Assembly (NCBI GenBank): GCA_046712825.1
Contig: JBKKCR010000172.1
Span: 1 to 57,611, forward strand
DNA: 57,611 bases
Direction: 5' to 3'
Origin: Actinomycetota bacterium
GTDB taxonomy: Bacteria; Actinomycetota; AC-67
Below, in pieces: positions 21,236-33,983 of this stretch. The notes below the pieces were generated by a model, which worked only from the letters and a program-made list of their open reading frames with translations, ran no database searches and was not told the origin of the DNA. The position numbers and the translations under genes were made by a program. Position 1 is the first letter of the stretch. Each line of letters opens with the position of its first letter.

Positions 21236-21592
21236 CTAGAACTTCAATCCCGACTCGCGAGCCCCGTCGGCCAGCTCGGCGACCCGGCCGTGATACAGAC
21301 GGCCGCCCCGGTCGAGCACCGCCGCTTGCACGCCACGCTCCACGGCGCGGCGGCCGAGCAACTGCCCCACCTTGCGCGCGACATCTTTCTTGGCGCCGCC
21401 GGCGCGTGCGTCGGCGTCCAAGCTCGACGCGGCGACCAGGGTGCGGCCGTCGACGTCGTTGATCAGCTGCGCGTAGATGTGCTTGTTCGAACGGAACACC
21501 GCGATGCGCGGCCGCTCCTCGGTCCCCCGGATGTGCTTTCGCACCCGCAGGTGACGCTTGCGGCGCGCCTCGAACCTGCGTTTCGCGTCCAC
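21236..21592 (-). CDS. rplR: 50S ribosomal protein L18
   Basis: 118 aa containing [16 protein letters not shown]. Confidence 0.95.
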   Translation of the reverse strand: MDAKRRFEARRKRHLRVRKHIRGTEERPRIAVFRSNKHIYAQLINDVDGRTLVAASSLDADARAGGAKKDVARKVGQLLGRRAVERGVQAAVLDRGGRLYHGRVAELADGARESGLKF

Positions 21593-22131
21593 TACGCCTT
21601 CCCTGCCTTCCCGGCCTTCTTGCGAACGTATTCGCCCTGGTACCGGATGCCCTTGCCCTTGTACGGGTCGGGCTTGCGGATGGCCCGGATGTTGGCTGCC
21701 ACCTGACCGACCGCTTGCTTGTCGGTCCCGCTGACGATGATCCGATTGGGCTGCGGAACCTCGAACGTGATCCCGGTCGGCGCCTCCACGATCACCGCAT
21801 GCGAGTACCCGACGGCGATCTCGAGTGTCGTACCCTTCAGGGCCGCGCGATAGCCGACGCCCTGGATCTCGAGCGTCCTGGTGTAGCCGTTGGTGACCCC
21901 CTCGACCATGTTCGCGATCAAGCTGCGCGTCAGTCCGTGCAGGGCGCGGTGCAGGCTCTCGTCCGTCGGCCGCGATACGACGACGTTGCCGTCGGCGATC
22001 GCAACGGACATGGCCGGATGGAGCTCGAGGGCCAGCGAACCCTTCGCGCCCTTCACCGAGACGCGACTATCGGCAACCTGAACCTCGACCCCTGACGGGA
22101 TCGGGATCGGCTGCTTTCCGATTCGACTCAT
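21592..22131 (-). CDS. rplF: 50S ribosomal protein L6
   Basis: 179 aa, [17 protein letters not shown]. Confidence 0.95.
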   Translation of the reverse strand: MSRIGKQPIPIPSGVEVQVADSRVSVKGAKGSLALELHPAMSVAIADGNVVVSRPTDESLHRALHGLTRSLIANMVEGVTNGYTRTLEIQGVGYRAALKGTTLEIAVGYSHAVIVEAPTGITFEVPQPNRIIVSGTDKQAVGQVAANIRAIRKPDPYKGKGIRYQGEYVRKKAGKAGKA

Positions 22132-22138
22132 CTCATCC

Positions 22139-22537
22139 TCACCAAACGTAGGCGAGCACCTCGCCGCCGATGCGAGCCTTGTGGGCCTGCCGATCGGTGA
22201 CGAGTCCGTTGGACGTCGAGATGATCGCGATGCCCAGGCCGCCGAGCACGCGTGGGATCGAGTCCCGCTGCGCGTACACCCGGAGGCCGGGCTTCGAGAT
22301 CCGCTTCAAGCCGGCGATCGTGCGCTCGCGGTTCGGCCCGTACTTGAGCACGATCTTCAGCACCGGGCCCAACTCGCCGCGCTCGATCCCGAACTCCTGG
22401 ATGTAACCCTCACGCTTCAAGATGTCGGCGATGCCGAGCTTGATCTTCGAAGACGGCATCGTGACATCTTCCTTGTGCGCCGTCGTCGCGTTCCGGATCC
22501 GCGCCAACATGTCCGCGATCGGGTCTGTCATCGTCAT
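22139..22537 (-). CDS. rpsH: 30S ribosomal protein S8
   Basis: Track ORF trimmed to [17 protein letters not shown] at 22537. Confidence 0.95.
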   Translation of the reverse strand: MTMTDPIADMLARIRNATTAHKEDVTMPSSKIKLGIADILKREGYIQEFGIERGELGPVLKIVLKYGPNRERTIAGLKRISKPGLRVYAQRDSIPRVLGGLGIAIISTSNGLVTDRQAHKARIGGEVLAYVW

Positions 22538-22544
22538 CCGGAGA

Positions 22545-22730
22545 TCACCAACTTGCCTTCGTGATGCCGGGCAGCTCGCCGGCGTGCGCAAGCTGTCGCA
22601 TGCAAATCCGGCAGAGTCCGAACTTCCGGTAGTACGCGCGGGGACGACCGCAGCGCTTGCAGCGGTTGTACGCGCGGGCCTTGAACTTCGCCGGTCGTTG
22701 CTGCTTGATGACCAAACACTTCTTTGCCAT
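22545..22730 (-). CDS. rpsN: 30S ribosomal protein S14, type Z (zinc-binding)
   Basis: 61 aa containing [20 protein letters not shown]. Confidence 0.95.
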   Translation of the reverse strand: MAKKCLVIKQQRPAKFKARAYNRCKRCGRPRAYYRKFGLCRICMRQLAHAGELPGITKASW

Positions 22731-22733
22731 GCC

Positions 22734-23303
22734 TTACTCCTTGAAGGGGAACCCGAGCGCCTTGAGCAGCGCGCGGGCGGCCCCGTCGTCCTGTGCCGTC
22801 GTTACCACGGTGATGTGCATCCCTCGAACCTTTGAAACAGAGTCGTAGTCCACTTCCGGGAACACGAGCTGCTCGGTGAGCCCGAGCGAGTAGTTCCCGC
22901 GGCCGTCGAACGTCGCCGATAGTCCGCGGAAGTCGCGGATCCTCGGCAGGGCAAGGGTGAGAAGCCGGTCGAGGAACTCCCACATGCGGTCCCCACGAAG
23001 GGTGACCTTGGTGCCGATCGCTTGGCCCTCGCGGAGCTTGAACCCCGCGATCGACTTCCGCGCTTTCGTCACGATCGGCTTCTGCCCCGCGATGACGGTG
23101 AGATCCCCGACGGCGCCCTCGAGCAGCTTGCCGTCCTTGATCGCCTCACCGACACCCATGTTGAGCACGATCTTCTCGAGCCGCGGCACCTGCATGACGT
23201 TGGCGTAGCCGAGGTCGCCTTTCAGCTGCGGGACGAGCTCCTCCCGGTAGCGCTTCTTCAGGCGCGGGATCTCTTTAACTGCCGCCTCTGCCTGGGCCAT
23301 CAC
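22734..23303 (-). CDS. rplE: 50S ribosomal protein L5
   Basis: 189 aa containing [16 protein letters not shown]. Confidence 0.95.
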   Translation of the reverse strand: MMAQAEAAVKEIPRLKKRYREELVPQLKGDLGYANVMQVPRLEKIVLNMGVGEAIKDGKLLEGAVGDLTVIAGQKPIVTKARKSIAGFKLREGQAIGTKVTLRGDRMWEFLDRLLTLALPRIRDFRGLSATFDGRGNYSLGLTEQLVFPEVDYDSVSKVRGMHITVVTTAQDDGAARALLKALGFPFKE

Positions 23304-23635
23304 ACCTCACTCCCACACTTGCGGCACACGCGCCTTTTCGAGCCGTCTTCGTCCACGTCCCAGCCGACCCGGGCCCTGCCTCGGCACGAGTCGGTGTTGC
23401 AGACCAGCGCCACCGCCGAGATCTGGACCGGCATCTCCTTGGTTACGATGCCGCCCGTCATCCCCTGACGGCCGCGCTGTTGCCGCAGCGGCTCGTGGCG
23501 CTTCACCTGATTGACGCCCTCGATCATGACCTTGCGGGTTTTCGGCCAGGTACGAACCACGCGTCCGGTCTTCCCGCGGTCCTTGCCCGAAAGCACGATC
23601 ACCTCGTCGCCCTTGCGGATGTGCAAGCTCTGCAT
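23300..23635 (-). CDS. rplX: 50S ribosomal protein L24 (with C-terminal Cys4 motif)
   Basis: 111 aa with KOW region [19 protein letters not shown]. The C-terminus carries CNTDSC and CRKC. Confidence 0.95.
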   Translation of the reverse strand: MQSLHIRKGDEVIVLSGKDRGKTGRVVRTWPKTRKVMIEGVNQVKRHEPLRQQRGRQGMTGGIVTKEMPVQISAVALVCNTDSCRGRARVGWDVDEDGSKRRVCRKCGSEV

Positions 23636-24004
23636 CTACAGCACCTCCGGAGCGAGAGAGATGATCTTCATGAACTTCTTCTCACGCAGCTCGCGAGCAA
23701 CCGGCCCGAAGATACGGGTGCCCCGCGGGTTCTGCTGTTCGTTGATTAGCACCGCGGCGTTCTCGTCGAAACGGATATACGAGCCGTCCGGCCGCCGGCG
23801 CTCTTTCGCGGTACGCACCACAACGGCCTTAACGACCTCACCCTTCTTGACCGGAGCGCCGGGAAGCGCGTCCTTGACGGTCGCGACGATGATGTCGCCG
23901 ATCCCGGCGTAACGCCGGCCCGACCCGCCGAGCACGCGGATGCAAAGGATCTCCTTGGCGCCCGTGTTATCGGCCACCTTCAGTCGCGACTCTTGCTGGA
24001 TCAT
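23636..24004 (-). CDS. rplN: 50S ribosomal protein L14
   Basis: 122 aa, [18 protein letters not shown]. Confidence 0.97.
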   Translation of the reverse strand: MIQQESRLKVADNTGAKEILCIRVLGGSGRRYAGIGDIIVATVKDALPGAPVKKGEVVKAVVVRTAKERRRPDGSYIRFDENAAVLINEQQNPRGTRIFGPVARELREKKFMKIISLAPEVL

Positions 24005-24007
24005 CTG

Positions 24008-24283
24008 TTACTTCGCCTTCTCGAGGATTTCCTGGACACGCCAGCGCTTGGTCTTCGACAACGGTCGCGTCTCGGCGATCCGGACGCGATCCCCGATGCC
24101 GCACGCGTTCGTCTCGTCGTGTGCGCGGTACTTCGTCATCCGGCGGAGGATCTTGCCGTACAGGTGATGCCGGGTCGTGTCGCGCACGACGACGACCACC
24201 GTCTTGTCCATCTTGTCGGACACGACGACACCGACGCGCGTCTTGCGGCGTCCCCGCTCCTTCACCGTGCTCTCCGCCATCAA
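24008..24283 (-). CDS. rpsQ: 30S ribosomal protein S17
   Basis: 91 aa containing [16 protein letters not shown]. Confidence 0.95.
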   Translation of the reverse strand: MMAESTVKERGRRKTRVGVVVSDKMDKTVVVVVRDTTRHHLYGKILRRMTKYRAHDETNACGIGDRVRIAETRPLSKTKRWRVQEILEKAK

Positions 24284-24516
24284 GCCTCCTCGGCGCCGGC
24301 GATCGCCTGCGCTTCGAGCTCCTCGAGCTCGCGTTCACGCATGAGCGTCAGGATCCGCGCGACCTGCTTGCGCACCACTTTGATCTGCATCGGGTTGTCC
24401 AACTGTCCGGTAACGAGCTGGAAGCGAAGGTTGAAAAGCTCCTCCTTCGCCTCGACAAGCTTTGTTTCCAGCTCGTCCTCGGCAGTATCCCGAAGCTTGT
24501 CGGCCTCTTTGGACAT
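24280..24516 (-). CDS. rpmC: 50S ribosomal protein L29
   Basis: 78 aa containing [17 protein letters not shown]. Confidence 0.93.
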   Translation of the reverse strand: MSKEADKLRDTAEDELETKLVEAKEELFNLRFQLVTGQLDNPMQIKVVRKQVARILTLMRERELEELEAQAIAGAEEA

Positions 24517-24933
24517 CTATTCGCCTTCTTCCCGGCTCACGAAGCGGGTCTTGATCGGAAGCTTGTGCGCCGCGAGCCGCAATGCCTCGCGGGCCTGACC
24601 TTCGTCGACGCCCGCCAGCTCGAACATCACGCGTCCCGGCTTGACGACGCAGACCCAGTACTCGGGGTTTCCCTTCCCGGATCCCATGCGCGTCTCGGCG
24701 GCCTTCTTCGTGAAGGGCTTGTCGGGGAAGATGTTGACCCACACCTTCCCACCGCGCTTGATGTGCCGGGTCATCGCAACACGCGCCGCCTCGATCTGGC
24801 GGTTCGTGATCCACGCGGGCTCCATCGCCTGAAGGCCGTAGTCGCCGAAATGCACCTGCACGCCGCCCTTCGCCTTCCCGCGCATTCGGCCGCGGTGCTG
24901 CTTCCGGTACTTGGTCTTCTTCGGGGAGAGCAT
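24517..24933 (-). CDS. rplP: 50S ribosomal protein L16
   Basis: 138 aa, [19 protein letters not shown]. Confidence 0.97.
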   Translation of the reverse strand: MLSPKKTKYRKQHRGRMRGKAKGGVQVHFGDYGLQAMEPAWITNRQIEAARVAMTRHIKRGGKVWVNIFPDKPFTKKAAETRMGSGKGNPEYWVCVVKPGRVMFELAGVDEGQAREALRLAAHKLPIKTRFVSREEGE

Positions 24934-25946
24934 CAGACATCTCCCTCCGCGCCACCGGGTGCCGTCGGAGCCTCGGGAGCTTCGGGCGTGGCAGGCGATT
25001 CGGGAGCAGCAGTCGCAGCCTCGGGCGCAGCCTGCGGAGCCTCGGGGGCTGCCGGAGTCTCGGGCGCAGCCGATGCAGGCGCAGTCGACACGACCTCGGG
25101 TGCGACGGCCTCGGTCGCGTCGGCGGGCGCCACCGCATCGGCGGGCGCCACCGCATCGGCCGGCTTCGGGCCACGAGGCGACTTCCCTTGACCGGACGGC
25201 GAACGCGTAGCGCCGGAGCCGCGCCGCGGCCTGACCGTGGGGGCGACGATCTCCCCGGCAGCCGCCGCGCGAGCGCGAGCGCGTGCGAGCTCCGCTTCTT
25301 TCTCTTCACGCGACGGCGCGACATCACCCTTGTAGATCCACACCTTGACGCCGATCCGGCCGAAGGTCGTCTTCGCCTCGCGGAAGCCGTAGTCGATGTC
25401 CGCGCGGATCGTGTGGAGTGGGACGCGACCCTCCCGATACCACTCGCTGCGAGACATCTCCGAACCACCCAGGCGGCCGCCGACCTGAACCCGGATGCCC
25501 TTGGCGCCGCCGCGCATCGTCGTCTGCACGCCGCGACGCATCGCCCGGCGGAAAGAAACGCGACCGGCGAGCTGCTCCGCGATGCCTTGCGCGACGAGCG
25601 GCGCCTCGAGCTCCGGCTGCTTCAGCTCGATGACGTTGAGCTGAACGTTGTCCTTACCGGTCATCTTGCGCAGCTCGTCTCGGATCCGGTCGACCTCGAC
25701 CCCGCGGCGGCCGATCACGATGCCCGGCCGTGCGGTGTAGATATCGACCTGGAGCCGGTCGCCCTTACGTTCGATGTCGATCCGAGCGACGCCGGCATGC
25801 GCGAGGCTGTCGTGCAGGTTCTTGCGGATCTTGAGGTCCTCCTGCAACCACGGGAGGTACTGCTTGTCCGCGTACCAACGCGACCGCCATTCGTAGTTCG
25901 GGTTGGACCCGAGCCGGAACCCGTACGGGTTAATCTTCTGACCCAC
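24933..25946 (-). CDS. rpsC: 30S ribosomal protein S3 with ~119-aa Ala/Pro/Glu-rich C-terminal tail
   Basis: A GTG at 25946 gives (M)[12 protein letters not shown]. The conserved core ends near WIYKGDV, followed by a low-complexity tail. Overlaps the rplV 3' end by 17 nt. Confidence 0.93.
   Translation of the reverse strand: MGQKINPYGFRLGSNPNYEWRSRWYADKQYLPWLQEDLKIRKNLHDSLAHAGVARIDIERKGDRLQVDIYTARPGIVIGRRGVEVDRIRDELRKMTGKDNVQLNVIELKQPELEAPLVAQGIAEQLAGRVSFRRAMRRGVQTTMRGGAKGIRVQVGGRLGGSEMSRSEWYREGRVPLHTIRADIDYGFREAKTTFGRIGVKVWIYKGDVAPSREEKEAELARARARAAAAGEIVAPTVRPRRGSGATRSPSGQGKSPRGPKPADAVAPADAVAPADATEAVAPEVVSTAPASAAPETPAAPEAPQAAPEAATAAPESPATPEAPEAPTAPGGAEGDV
25123..25158 (-). repeat. perfect 18-nt tandem duplication inside the S3 tail
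   Basis: Plus-strand unit gcgggcgccaccgcatcg occurs at 25123..25140 and again at 25141..25158. It encodes [12 protein letters not shown] on the minus strand. Confidence 0.9.
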
Positions 25947-26307
25947 GCGAGCCCTCCCTCGGTTGCACAACGATCGTGATGTGAGTGGTGCGCTTCCGGA
26001 TCCGTGTTGCGCGGCCCTGCGCCCGTGGCCGCCAGCGCTTCAGCGTCGGCCCTTCGTCCGCCCAGCAGCGCGTCACGAAAAGCGTGTCCGCAGGGACGCG
26101 CAGCGTCTGCTCGGCGTTGGCGACGGCCGCGTTCAGGATCTTCGCGAGCTCGGGCGACGCCGCGCGCGGCGTGAACGCCAGCACGCGTCGCGCCTCGTCC
26201 ACGTGTTTTCCGCGGATGAGGTTCAGCGTGTAGCGCACCTTGTATGGAGACATGCGCACGAACTTCGCGCTCGCGCGTGCCTCTCTCTCCTTCGCCTTCG
26301 CCATCAC
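25930..26307 (-). CDS. rplV: 50S ribosomal protein L22
   Basis: 125 aa containing [19 protein letters not shown]. Confidence 0.95.
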   Translation of the reverse strand: MMAKAKEREARASAKFVRMSPYKVRYTLNLIRGKHVDEARRVLAFTPRAASPELAKILNAAVANAEQTLRVPADTLFVTRCWADEGPTLKRWRPRAQGRATRIRKRTTHITIVVQPREGSRGSED

Positions 26308-26597
26308 TTCTTGCCCGGTCCGGTGGCCTTCTCGGCCGCGTGATGCCCGTGGGAGCGGAACGTCCGCGTCGGCGCGAACTCTCCGAGCTTGTGCCCCACC
26401 ATGCTCTCGGTGACGTAGACGGGGACGTGCTTACGGCCGTCGTGGACCGCGATCGTCAGCCCCACCATGTCGGGGATGATCGTCGAGCGCCGCGACCACG
26501 TCTTGATGACGCGCTTGTCGTTGCGCTTGAGCGCGAACTCCACCTTCTCGAGCAGGTGGTCGTCGATGAACGGCCCCTTCTTAAGACTGCGTGCCAT
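26304..26597 (-). CDS. rpsS: 30S ribosomal protein S19
   Basis: 97 aa, [19 protein letters not shown]. Confidence 0.97.
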   Translation of the reverse strand: MARSLKKGPFIDDHLLEKVEFALKRNDKRVIKTWSRRSTIIPDMVGLTIAVHDGRKHVPVYVTESMVGHKLGEFAPTRTFRSHGHHAAEKATGPGKK

Positions 26598-26606
26598 CTC
26601 GCTCCC

Positions 26607-27440
26607 TTACTTCTTCTTCTTGCTCTTGCGACGCCGGACGATCAAACGGTCGGACCCCTTGCCCTTCTTGCGCGTCCGGCCTTCCTTCTTGCCCCAAGGG
26701 CTGGTCGGGTGACGACCGCCCGAGGACTTTCCTTCGCCGCCGCCCAGCGGGTGATCGACCGGGTTCATCGCCACGCCGCGGGTGATCGGACGGCGACCCT
26801 TCCACCGCGTGCGCCCGGCCTTGCCCCAGTTGATGAGCTCCCACTCCGCGTTGCCGACCTCTCCGACCGTCGCCCGGCACGTGGAGGGAACCAACCGGAT
26901 CTCGCCCGACGGCATGCGGAGGTGCGCGTACGCGCCTTCCTTGGCGAGCAGCTGCACGCTCGTCCCCGCGCTGCGAGCGATCTTCGCTCCCCCGCCCGGA
27001 CGCAATTCGACCGCGTGAACGATCGAGCCCACCGGGATGTTCTTGAGCGGCAGCGCGTTCCCGGGCTTGATGTCGACGCCCTCGCCCGACGCCACCACGT
27101 CTCCAACCGCGAGCTTGTCCGGCGCGATGATGTAGCGCTTCTCGCCGTCGCGGTAGTGGAGAAGTGCGATCCTAGCGTTGCGGTTGGGGTCGTACTCGAT
27201 CGATGCGACCTTGGCGGGAACCCCGTCCTTGTTGCGACGGAAGTCCACCATCCGGTAGCGGCGCTTGTTCCCTCCGCCTCGATGATACGCCGTGACCCGC
27301 CCGTGCGCGTTGCGGCCGCCGCTCGAGGGCCGGCTGCGCGTGAGCTTCTTCTCGGGACGCGAGCGGGTGACCTCGGAATAGTCGGACTGGCTCGCCCCAC
27401 GGCGTCCCGGGGTCGTCGGTTTGAACTTTCGGATCGCCAT
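26607..27440 (-). CDS. rplB: 50S ribosomal protein L2
   Basis: Track ORF trimmed to [15 protein letters not shown] at 27440. Confidence 0.97.
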   Translation of the reverse strand: MAIRKFKPTTPGRRGASQSDYSEVTRSRPEKKLTRSRPSSGGRNAHGRVTAYHRGGGNKRRYRMVDFRRNKDGVPAKVASIEYDPNRNARIALLHYRDGEKRYIIAPDKLAVGDVVASGEGVDIKPGNALPLKNIPVGSIVHAVELRPGGGAKIARSAGTSVQLLAKEGAYAHLRMPSGEIRLVPSTCRATVGEVGNAEWELINWGKAGRTRWKGRRPITRGVAMNPVDHPLGGGEGKSSGGRHPTSPWGKKEGRTRKKGKGSDRLIVRRRKSKKKK

Positions 27441-27444
27441 CTCG

Positions 27445-27732
27445 CTACCTCGGCTGGAAGATCTCGATCTTGTCACCCTCGGCGAGGGTGACCAACGCTC
27501 GCTTCTGTGCGGACCGCTGACCCATCGTGTATCGGGTTCGCTTCTGCTTCCCGTGGCGCCACATCGTGTTCACCGACAGCACCGTCACTTCGAAGATCTT
27601 TTCGACCGCGATCTTGATCTCGGTCTTGTTGGCGGTCGGCGCCACCAGGAACGTGTACACGTTCCGGTCGATCGCGCTGTACGACTTCTCCGACACCACG
27701 GGCGCGATGATTACGTCTCGATAGTCCTTCAC
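27445..27732 (-). CDS. rplW: 50S ribosomal protein L23
   Basis: A GTG at 27732 overlapping the rplD stop (GTGA) gives (M)[17 protein letters not shown]. Confidence 0.92.
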   Translation of the reverse strand: MKDYRDVIIAPVVSEKSYSAIDRNVYTFLVAPTANKTEIKIAVEKIFEVTVLSVNTMWRHGKQKRTRYTMGQRSAQKRALVTLAEGDKIEIFQPR

Positions 27733-28391
27733 GCGCCCTCCCCCTGCCCGGCCGCGGCCGCCTTCTTTCGGGGTTTGCGCTCGTTCAACCGCTCGATCGC
27801 CGCCTGCGTGAAAACCACCCAGTCCGCTGCGATCACATCGTGCGTGTTGATCTGGTCGACGGTGATCACATGGACGGTGGTCAGGTTGCGGAAGGACTTC
27901 CCGGCGACCAAGTCCACCGTGTCGAGCACGACGAGCGCTTTCCCCGAGACGCCGAGCGCCTCGAGCACTTTCATCGCGTCCTTGGTCTTCGGTGTATCGA
28001 ACGAGAAGCGATCGATCACCGCGACCCGGCCCTCGCTTGCGCGATCCGTCAGCGCCGAACGCAACGCGAGCGCGCGCATCTTCTTCGGCACCTTCATCTC
28101 GTAGTCGCGCGGCTGTGGGCCGAAGACCGTGCCGCCCCCCGTCCATTGCGGCGCACGGATCGAACCCTGGCGCGCCCGGCCGGTTCCCTTCTGGCGCCAC
28201 GGCTTCTTACCGCCGCCGCGGACCTCGCCGCGCTTCTTCGTCGCGTGCGTGCCGGACCGAGCCGCCGCGAGCTGCGCGCGCACGACTTGGTGCATCACCG
28301 GGACGTTGACCTGCGCGCCGAATACGGCGTCGTCCAGCGCGACGCGCCCGACCACATCTCCGGATGCCGAGCGGACGTCTATCTCACTCAC
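27729..28391 (-). CDS. rplD: 50S ribosomal protein L4
   Basis: 220 aa containing [16 protein letters not shown]. Confidence 0.95.
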   Translation of the reverse strand: MSEIDVRSASGDVVGRVALDDAVFGAQVNVPVMHQVVRAQLAAARSGTHATKKRGEVRGGGKKPWRQKGTGRARQGSIRAPQWTGGGTVFGPQPRDYEMKVPKKMRALALRSALTDRASEGRVAVIDRFSFDTPKTKDAMKVLEALGVSGKALVVLDTVDLVAGKSFRNLTTVHVITVDQINTHDVIAADWVVFTQAAIERLNERKPRKKAAAAGQGEGA

Positions 28392-29044
28392 GACGGTTTC
28401 CTTGCCGTCGTCTTAACTGCGTTACGGACCAGAACCAAGCCGCCGATCGGACCCGGCACCGCTCCCCGTATCAAGAGCAGATCCCGCTCCGGATCGGCTT
28501 CGACGACCTCGAGGCTGAGGATCGTGACCCGCTCGTGACCGAGATGGCCGGGCCCCTTCTTGCCTTTGAACACGCGCCCCGGCGTGGTTCCCGCGTTCTG
28601 CGAGCCGGGCGAACGATGCTTGCGGTCCGTCCCGTGCGAGGCCTCTTTCCCGGCGAAGTTCCAACGCTTCATGGCTCCGGCGAATCCCTTGCCCTTCGAA
28701 ACGCCGACGACGTCGACGCTCTCGCCGGGGGCGAACACGTCCGCGGTGATCTTCGAGCCCAGCTGGAACGACGACGCGTCGTCGGTACGGATCTCGACCA
28801 ACGACCGCAGAGCGGGCGCCTTCGAAGCCGATAGGTGACCGGTCCGCGGCTTGTTGAGCCGCTTCGCTGCGACCTCCCCGAAGCCGAGCTGGACGGCGGC
28901 GTAGCCATCTCGCTCTGCCGTGCGGATCTGCGTGATCGTGCACGGCCCGGCACGCAGCACCGTGACCGGCACCGCGCGGCCGTCGTCGGTGAAGACCTGG
29001 GTCATGCCAAGCTTCTCCCCGAGGATCCCTTTGACTATCGCCAT
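28388..29044 (-). CDS. rplC: 50S ribosomal protein L3
   Basis: Track ORF trimmed to [18 protein letters not shown] at 29044. Confidence 0.95.
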   Translation of the reverse strand: MAIVKGILGEKLGMTQVFTDDGRAVPVTVLRAGPCTITQIRTAERDGYAAVQLGFGEVAAKRLNKPRTGHLSASKAPALRSLVEIRTDDASSFQLGSKITADVFAPGESVDVVGVSKGKGFAGAMKRWNFAGKEASHGTDRKHRSPGSQNAGTTPGRVFKGKKGPGHLGHERVTILSLEVVEADPERDLLLIRGAVPGPIGGLVLVRNAVKTTARKPS

Positions 29045-29046
29045 GG

Positions 29047-29358
29047 CTACAGCTTGATCTCGATGTCGACGCCGGCAGGGAGGTCGAGCCGCATCAGCGA
29101 ATCGACCGTCTTCGCCGTCGGGTCCAGGATGTCGATGAGACGCTTGTGCGTCCGCATCTCGAAGTGCTCTCGCGAATCCTTGTCCTTGTGCGGCGAGCGG
29201 ATGACGCAATACACGCTCCGCTCCGTCGGAAGCGGTACGGGACCCGAGACCTTCGCGCCGGTCCGCGTGACCGTGTCCACGATCTTGCGGGCCGACTGGT
29301 CGATGACCTCGTGGTCGTACGCCTTCAGCCGGATCCGGATCTTCTGTGTTTGCGCCAT
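29047..29358 (-). CDS. rpsJ: 30S ribosomal protein S10
   Basis: Track ORF trimmed to [18 protein letters not shown] at 29358. Confidence 0.95.
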   Translation of the reverse strand: MAQTQKIRIRLKAYDHEVIDQSARKIVDTVTRTGAKVSGPVPLPTERSVYCVIRSPHKDKDSREHFEMRTHKRLIDILDPTAKTVDSLMRLDLPAGVDIEIKL

Positions 29359-29395
29359 CCTTGCTCTCCGCCCCTCGGTGCCCAGTGAAGCCGGT

Positions 29396-30580
29396 TTACT
29401 TCTCGATCTTGACGACGCGTCCGGCGCCGACCGTTCGCCCACCTTCACGGATGGCGAAACGGAGCCCTTCGTCCATCGCGATCGGGTTGATGAGCTGGAC
29501 CGTCATCTGTGTGTTGTCGCCCGGCATGACCATCTCAACGCCCTCGGGCAGTTTGATCGAGCCCGTGATGTCGGTCGTACGGAAGTAGAACTGCGGCCGG
29601 TAGTTGTTGAAGAACGGCGTGTGCCGCCCGCCCTCTTCCTTCGACAAGACGTACACCTGCGCCTCGAAATCGGTGTGCGGCGTGATCGTCCCGCCCTTGG
29701 CAAGGACCTGTCCGCGCTCAACGTCGTCCTTCGCCGTACCACGCAGGAGGGCGCCGATGTTGTCGCCGGCCATGCCCTCGTCGAGCAGCTTGCGGAACAT
29801 CTCGACGCCGGTCACGGTGGTCTTCGTCGTCGGACGGATGCCCACGATCTCGACCTCGTCGCCGACGTGGATCTTGCCGGTCTCGACGCGGCCGGTCACG
29901 ACCGTCCCGCGGCCGGTGATCGAGAACACGTCCTCGATCGCCATCAGGAACGGCTTCTCGACGTCGCGCACGGGCTCCGGCACGTTGGCGTCGCACGCCG
30001 CCATCAGCTCGAGAATGCCCTTCTCGGCTTCCTCATCGCCCTCGAGCGCCTTGAGCGCCGAGACGCGGATGACCGGCAGGTCGTCGCCCGGGAACTCGTA
30101 CGACGAGAGCAGCTCGCGCACCTCGAGCTCGACGAGCTCGAGCAGCTCGGGGTCGTCGACCATGTCCACCTTGTTCAGCGCGACGACGATGTACGGCACG
30201 CCGACCTGACGGGCAAGCAGCACGTGCTCGCGCGTCTGGGGCATCGGCCCGTCGGCCGCGGATACGACGAGGATCGCCCCGTCCATCTGCGCGGCGCCGG
30301 TGATCATGTTCTTGATGTAGTCGGCGTGGCCCGGGCAGTCGACGTGCGCGTAGTGACGGTTCTCCGTTTGATACTCGACGTGCGCGATCGCGATCGTGAT
30401 ACCGCGCTCCCGCTCCTCCGGAGCCTTGTCGATCTGGTCGAACGGCGTGAAGTCGGCCATCCCCTGCTTGGAGAGCACCTTGGTGATGGCGGCTGTGAGC
30501 GTCGTCTTTCCATGGTCGATATGACCGATGGTGCCGATGTTCACATGGGGCTTCGTCCGCTCGAACTTCTGCTTGCCCAT
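29396..30580 (-). CDS. tuf: elongation factor Tu
   Basis: 394 aa containing [18 protein letters not shown] and NKVD. Confidence 0.98.
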   Translation of the reverse strand: MGKQKFERTKPHVNIGTIGHIDHGKTTLTAAITKVLSKQGMADFTPFDQIDKAPEERERGITIAIAHVEYQTENRHYAHVDCPGHADYIKNMITGAAQMDGAILVVSAADGPMPQTREHVLLARQVGVPYIVVALNKVDMVDDPELLELVELEVRELLSSYEFPGDDLPVIRVSALKALEGDEEAEKGILELMAACDANVPEPVRDVEKPFLMAIEDVFSITGRGTVVTGRVETGKIHVGDEVEIVGIRPTTKTTVTGVEMFRKLLDEGMAGDNIGALLRGTAKDDVERGQVLAKGGTITPHTDFEAQVYVLSKEEGGRHTPFFNNYRPQFYFRTTDITGSIKLPEGVEMVMPGDNTQMTVQLINPIAMDEGLRFAIREGGRTVGAGRVVKIEK

Positions 30581-30598
30581 CTCGCCCTCCCCTTGGGG

Positions 30599-32755
<2,157 letters not shown>

Positions 32756-32757
32756 GG

Positions 32758-33228
32758 CTACCACCGGTAGTGCGCGAACGCCTTGTTCGACTCCGCCATC
32801 TTGTGGAGGTCTTCCTTACGCTTCACGGACGTGCCGGTCATGTTCAGCGCGTCGCCGAGCTCGCCGGCCAGTCGCTCGGCCATCGACTTCTCCCTGCGCG
32901 ACCGTGAGTTCTGGATCAGCCACCGAAGCGCGAGCGTCGTGCCGCGCCGGTTCGGCACCTCGACCGGAACCTGATAGGTCGCACCGCCGACCCGCCGAGA
33001 CCGGACTTCCAGCTGCGGCTTCACGTTTTCGACGGCCTTCTTCAAGGCGGTCACCGCGTCCACGTTCGACCGCTCAGAGAGCTTCTCGAGCGCTGTGTAG
33101 ACGATCGCCTCCGCCGTGCCACGCTTCCCCCGCTCCAACACCTTGTTCGTGAGTTGCGTCACGAGCACGCTGCTGTACACGGGGTCCGCGAGGACCTCGC
33201 GCTTCGGGATCGGCCCTTTTCTCGGCAA
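32758..33228 (-). CDS. rpsG: 30S ribosomal protein S7
   Basis: 156 aa, [18 protein letters not shown]. Confidence 0.97.
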   Translation of the reverse strand: MPRKGPIPKREVLADPVYSSVLVTQLTNKVLERGKRGTAEAIVYTALEKLSERSNVDAVTALKKAVENVKPQLEVRSRRVGGATYQVPVEVPNRRGTTLALRWLIQNSRSRREKSMAERLAGELGDALNMTGTSVKRKEDLHKMAESNKAFAHYRW

Positions 33229-33284
33229 ATCTTCTCCTAGCGTGGAAAAGCGAGCCCGGGACGCAGCCCGGCCTCGCCGGCTGC

Positions 33285-33656
33285 CTACTTCTCTCGCTTG
33301 GCTCCGTACTTGGAACGGGCTTGCTTACGGTCGCGCACGCCTGCGGTGTCGAGGGCCGCCCGGATGATCTTGTAGCGAACGCCCGGGAGGTCTTTCACGC
33401 GGCCGCCTCGGACGAGCACGATCGAGTGCTCCTGCAAGTTGTGCCCGATACCGGGGATGTACGCCGTGACCTCGGTGCCGCTCGTAAGCCGGACGCGCGC
33501 CACTTTGCGGAGCGCCGAGTTCGGCTTCTTCGGCGTCGTCGTGTAGACGCGCGTGCACACGCCGCGGCGCTGAGGCGATCCTTTGAGTGCAGGCGTGCGC
33601 ACCTTGGACCGCTTCCGCTTGCGGCCGTGACGGACGAGCTGCTGGATCGTCGGCAT
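33285..33656 (-). CDS. rpsL: 30S ribosomal protein S12
   Basis: 123 aa, [18 protein letters not shown], with [14 protein letters not shown]. Confidence 0.98.
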   Translation of the reverse strand: MPTIQQLVRHGRKRKRSKVRTPALKGSPQRRGVCTRVYTTTPKKPNSALRKVARVRLTSGTEVTAYIPGIGHNLQEHSIVLVRGGRVKDLPGVRYKIIRAALDTAGVRDRKQARSKYGAKREK

Positions 33657-33768
33657 TTACGCTTTCACCTGTCTCGGTCGGGGCACACGCCTCCCCGAAA
33701 TCGAAGAGGAGTCGGGTGGCCTCCGAAGGATGCGCCCGGACGAGGCCCTGGCCCAGGCACGGCACACT

Positions 33769-33797
33769 AGGCTACCCGCGGTGACGCCGCTGGTCAA
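33769..33797 (-). promoter_or_regulatory. sigma-70-like promoter for rpsL-rpsG-fusA-tuf
   Basis: Minus strand reads TTGACC-17 nt-TAGCCT, about 110 nt upstream of the rpsL ATG. Confidence 0.5.
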
Positions 33798-33856
33798 CGC
33801 GCATACCGGGGGCTCGTGATCTCGGACGCGGACCCGACCGACCGAGTCCCCGGCGC

Positions 33857-33862
33857 TATAAT
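33857..33862 (+). promoter_or_regulatory. consensus -10 hexamer (TATAAT) upstream of the SGNH/MBOAT block
   Basis: A perfect TATAAT within gcgCTATAATCCggcgcc in an otherwise GC-rich spacer. A weak -35 (ccGACC) sits 17 nt upstream. About 120 nt before the ATG at 33984. Confidence 0.4.
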
Positions 33863-33983
33863 CCGGCGCCTCGTTTCGGGGCCTTCTCAGCGAGCCGAAC
33901 GCAGTTCAAGGACGGCGGTTCATGGTCTTCATCTCGTCCATCGTACGACGCTCCCGGTGTCCCATCCCTCGCCCTGAGGGAGG

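Noticed and set aside
33229-33284. A hairpin plus T-rich run (CCGGG-CUGCGU-CCCGG followed by CGCUUUUCC) between rpsL and rpsG, considered as an internal terminator.
   Set aside because: The stem is only 5 bp and the U-tract is interrupted. A terminator here would uncouple S7, EF-G and EF-Tu from the only visible promoter. It is more likely an incidental or translational-operator structure.
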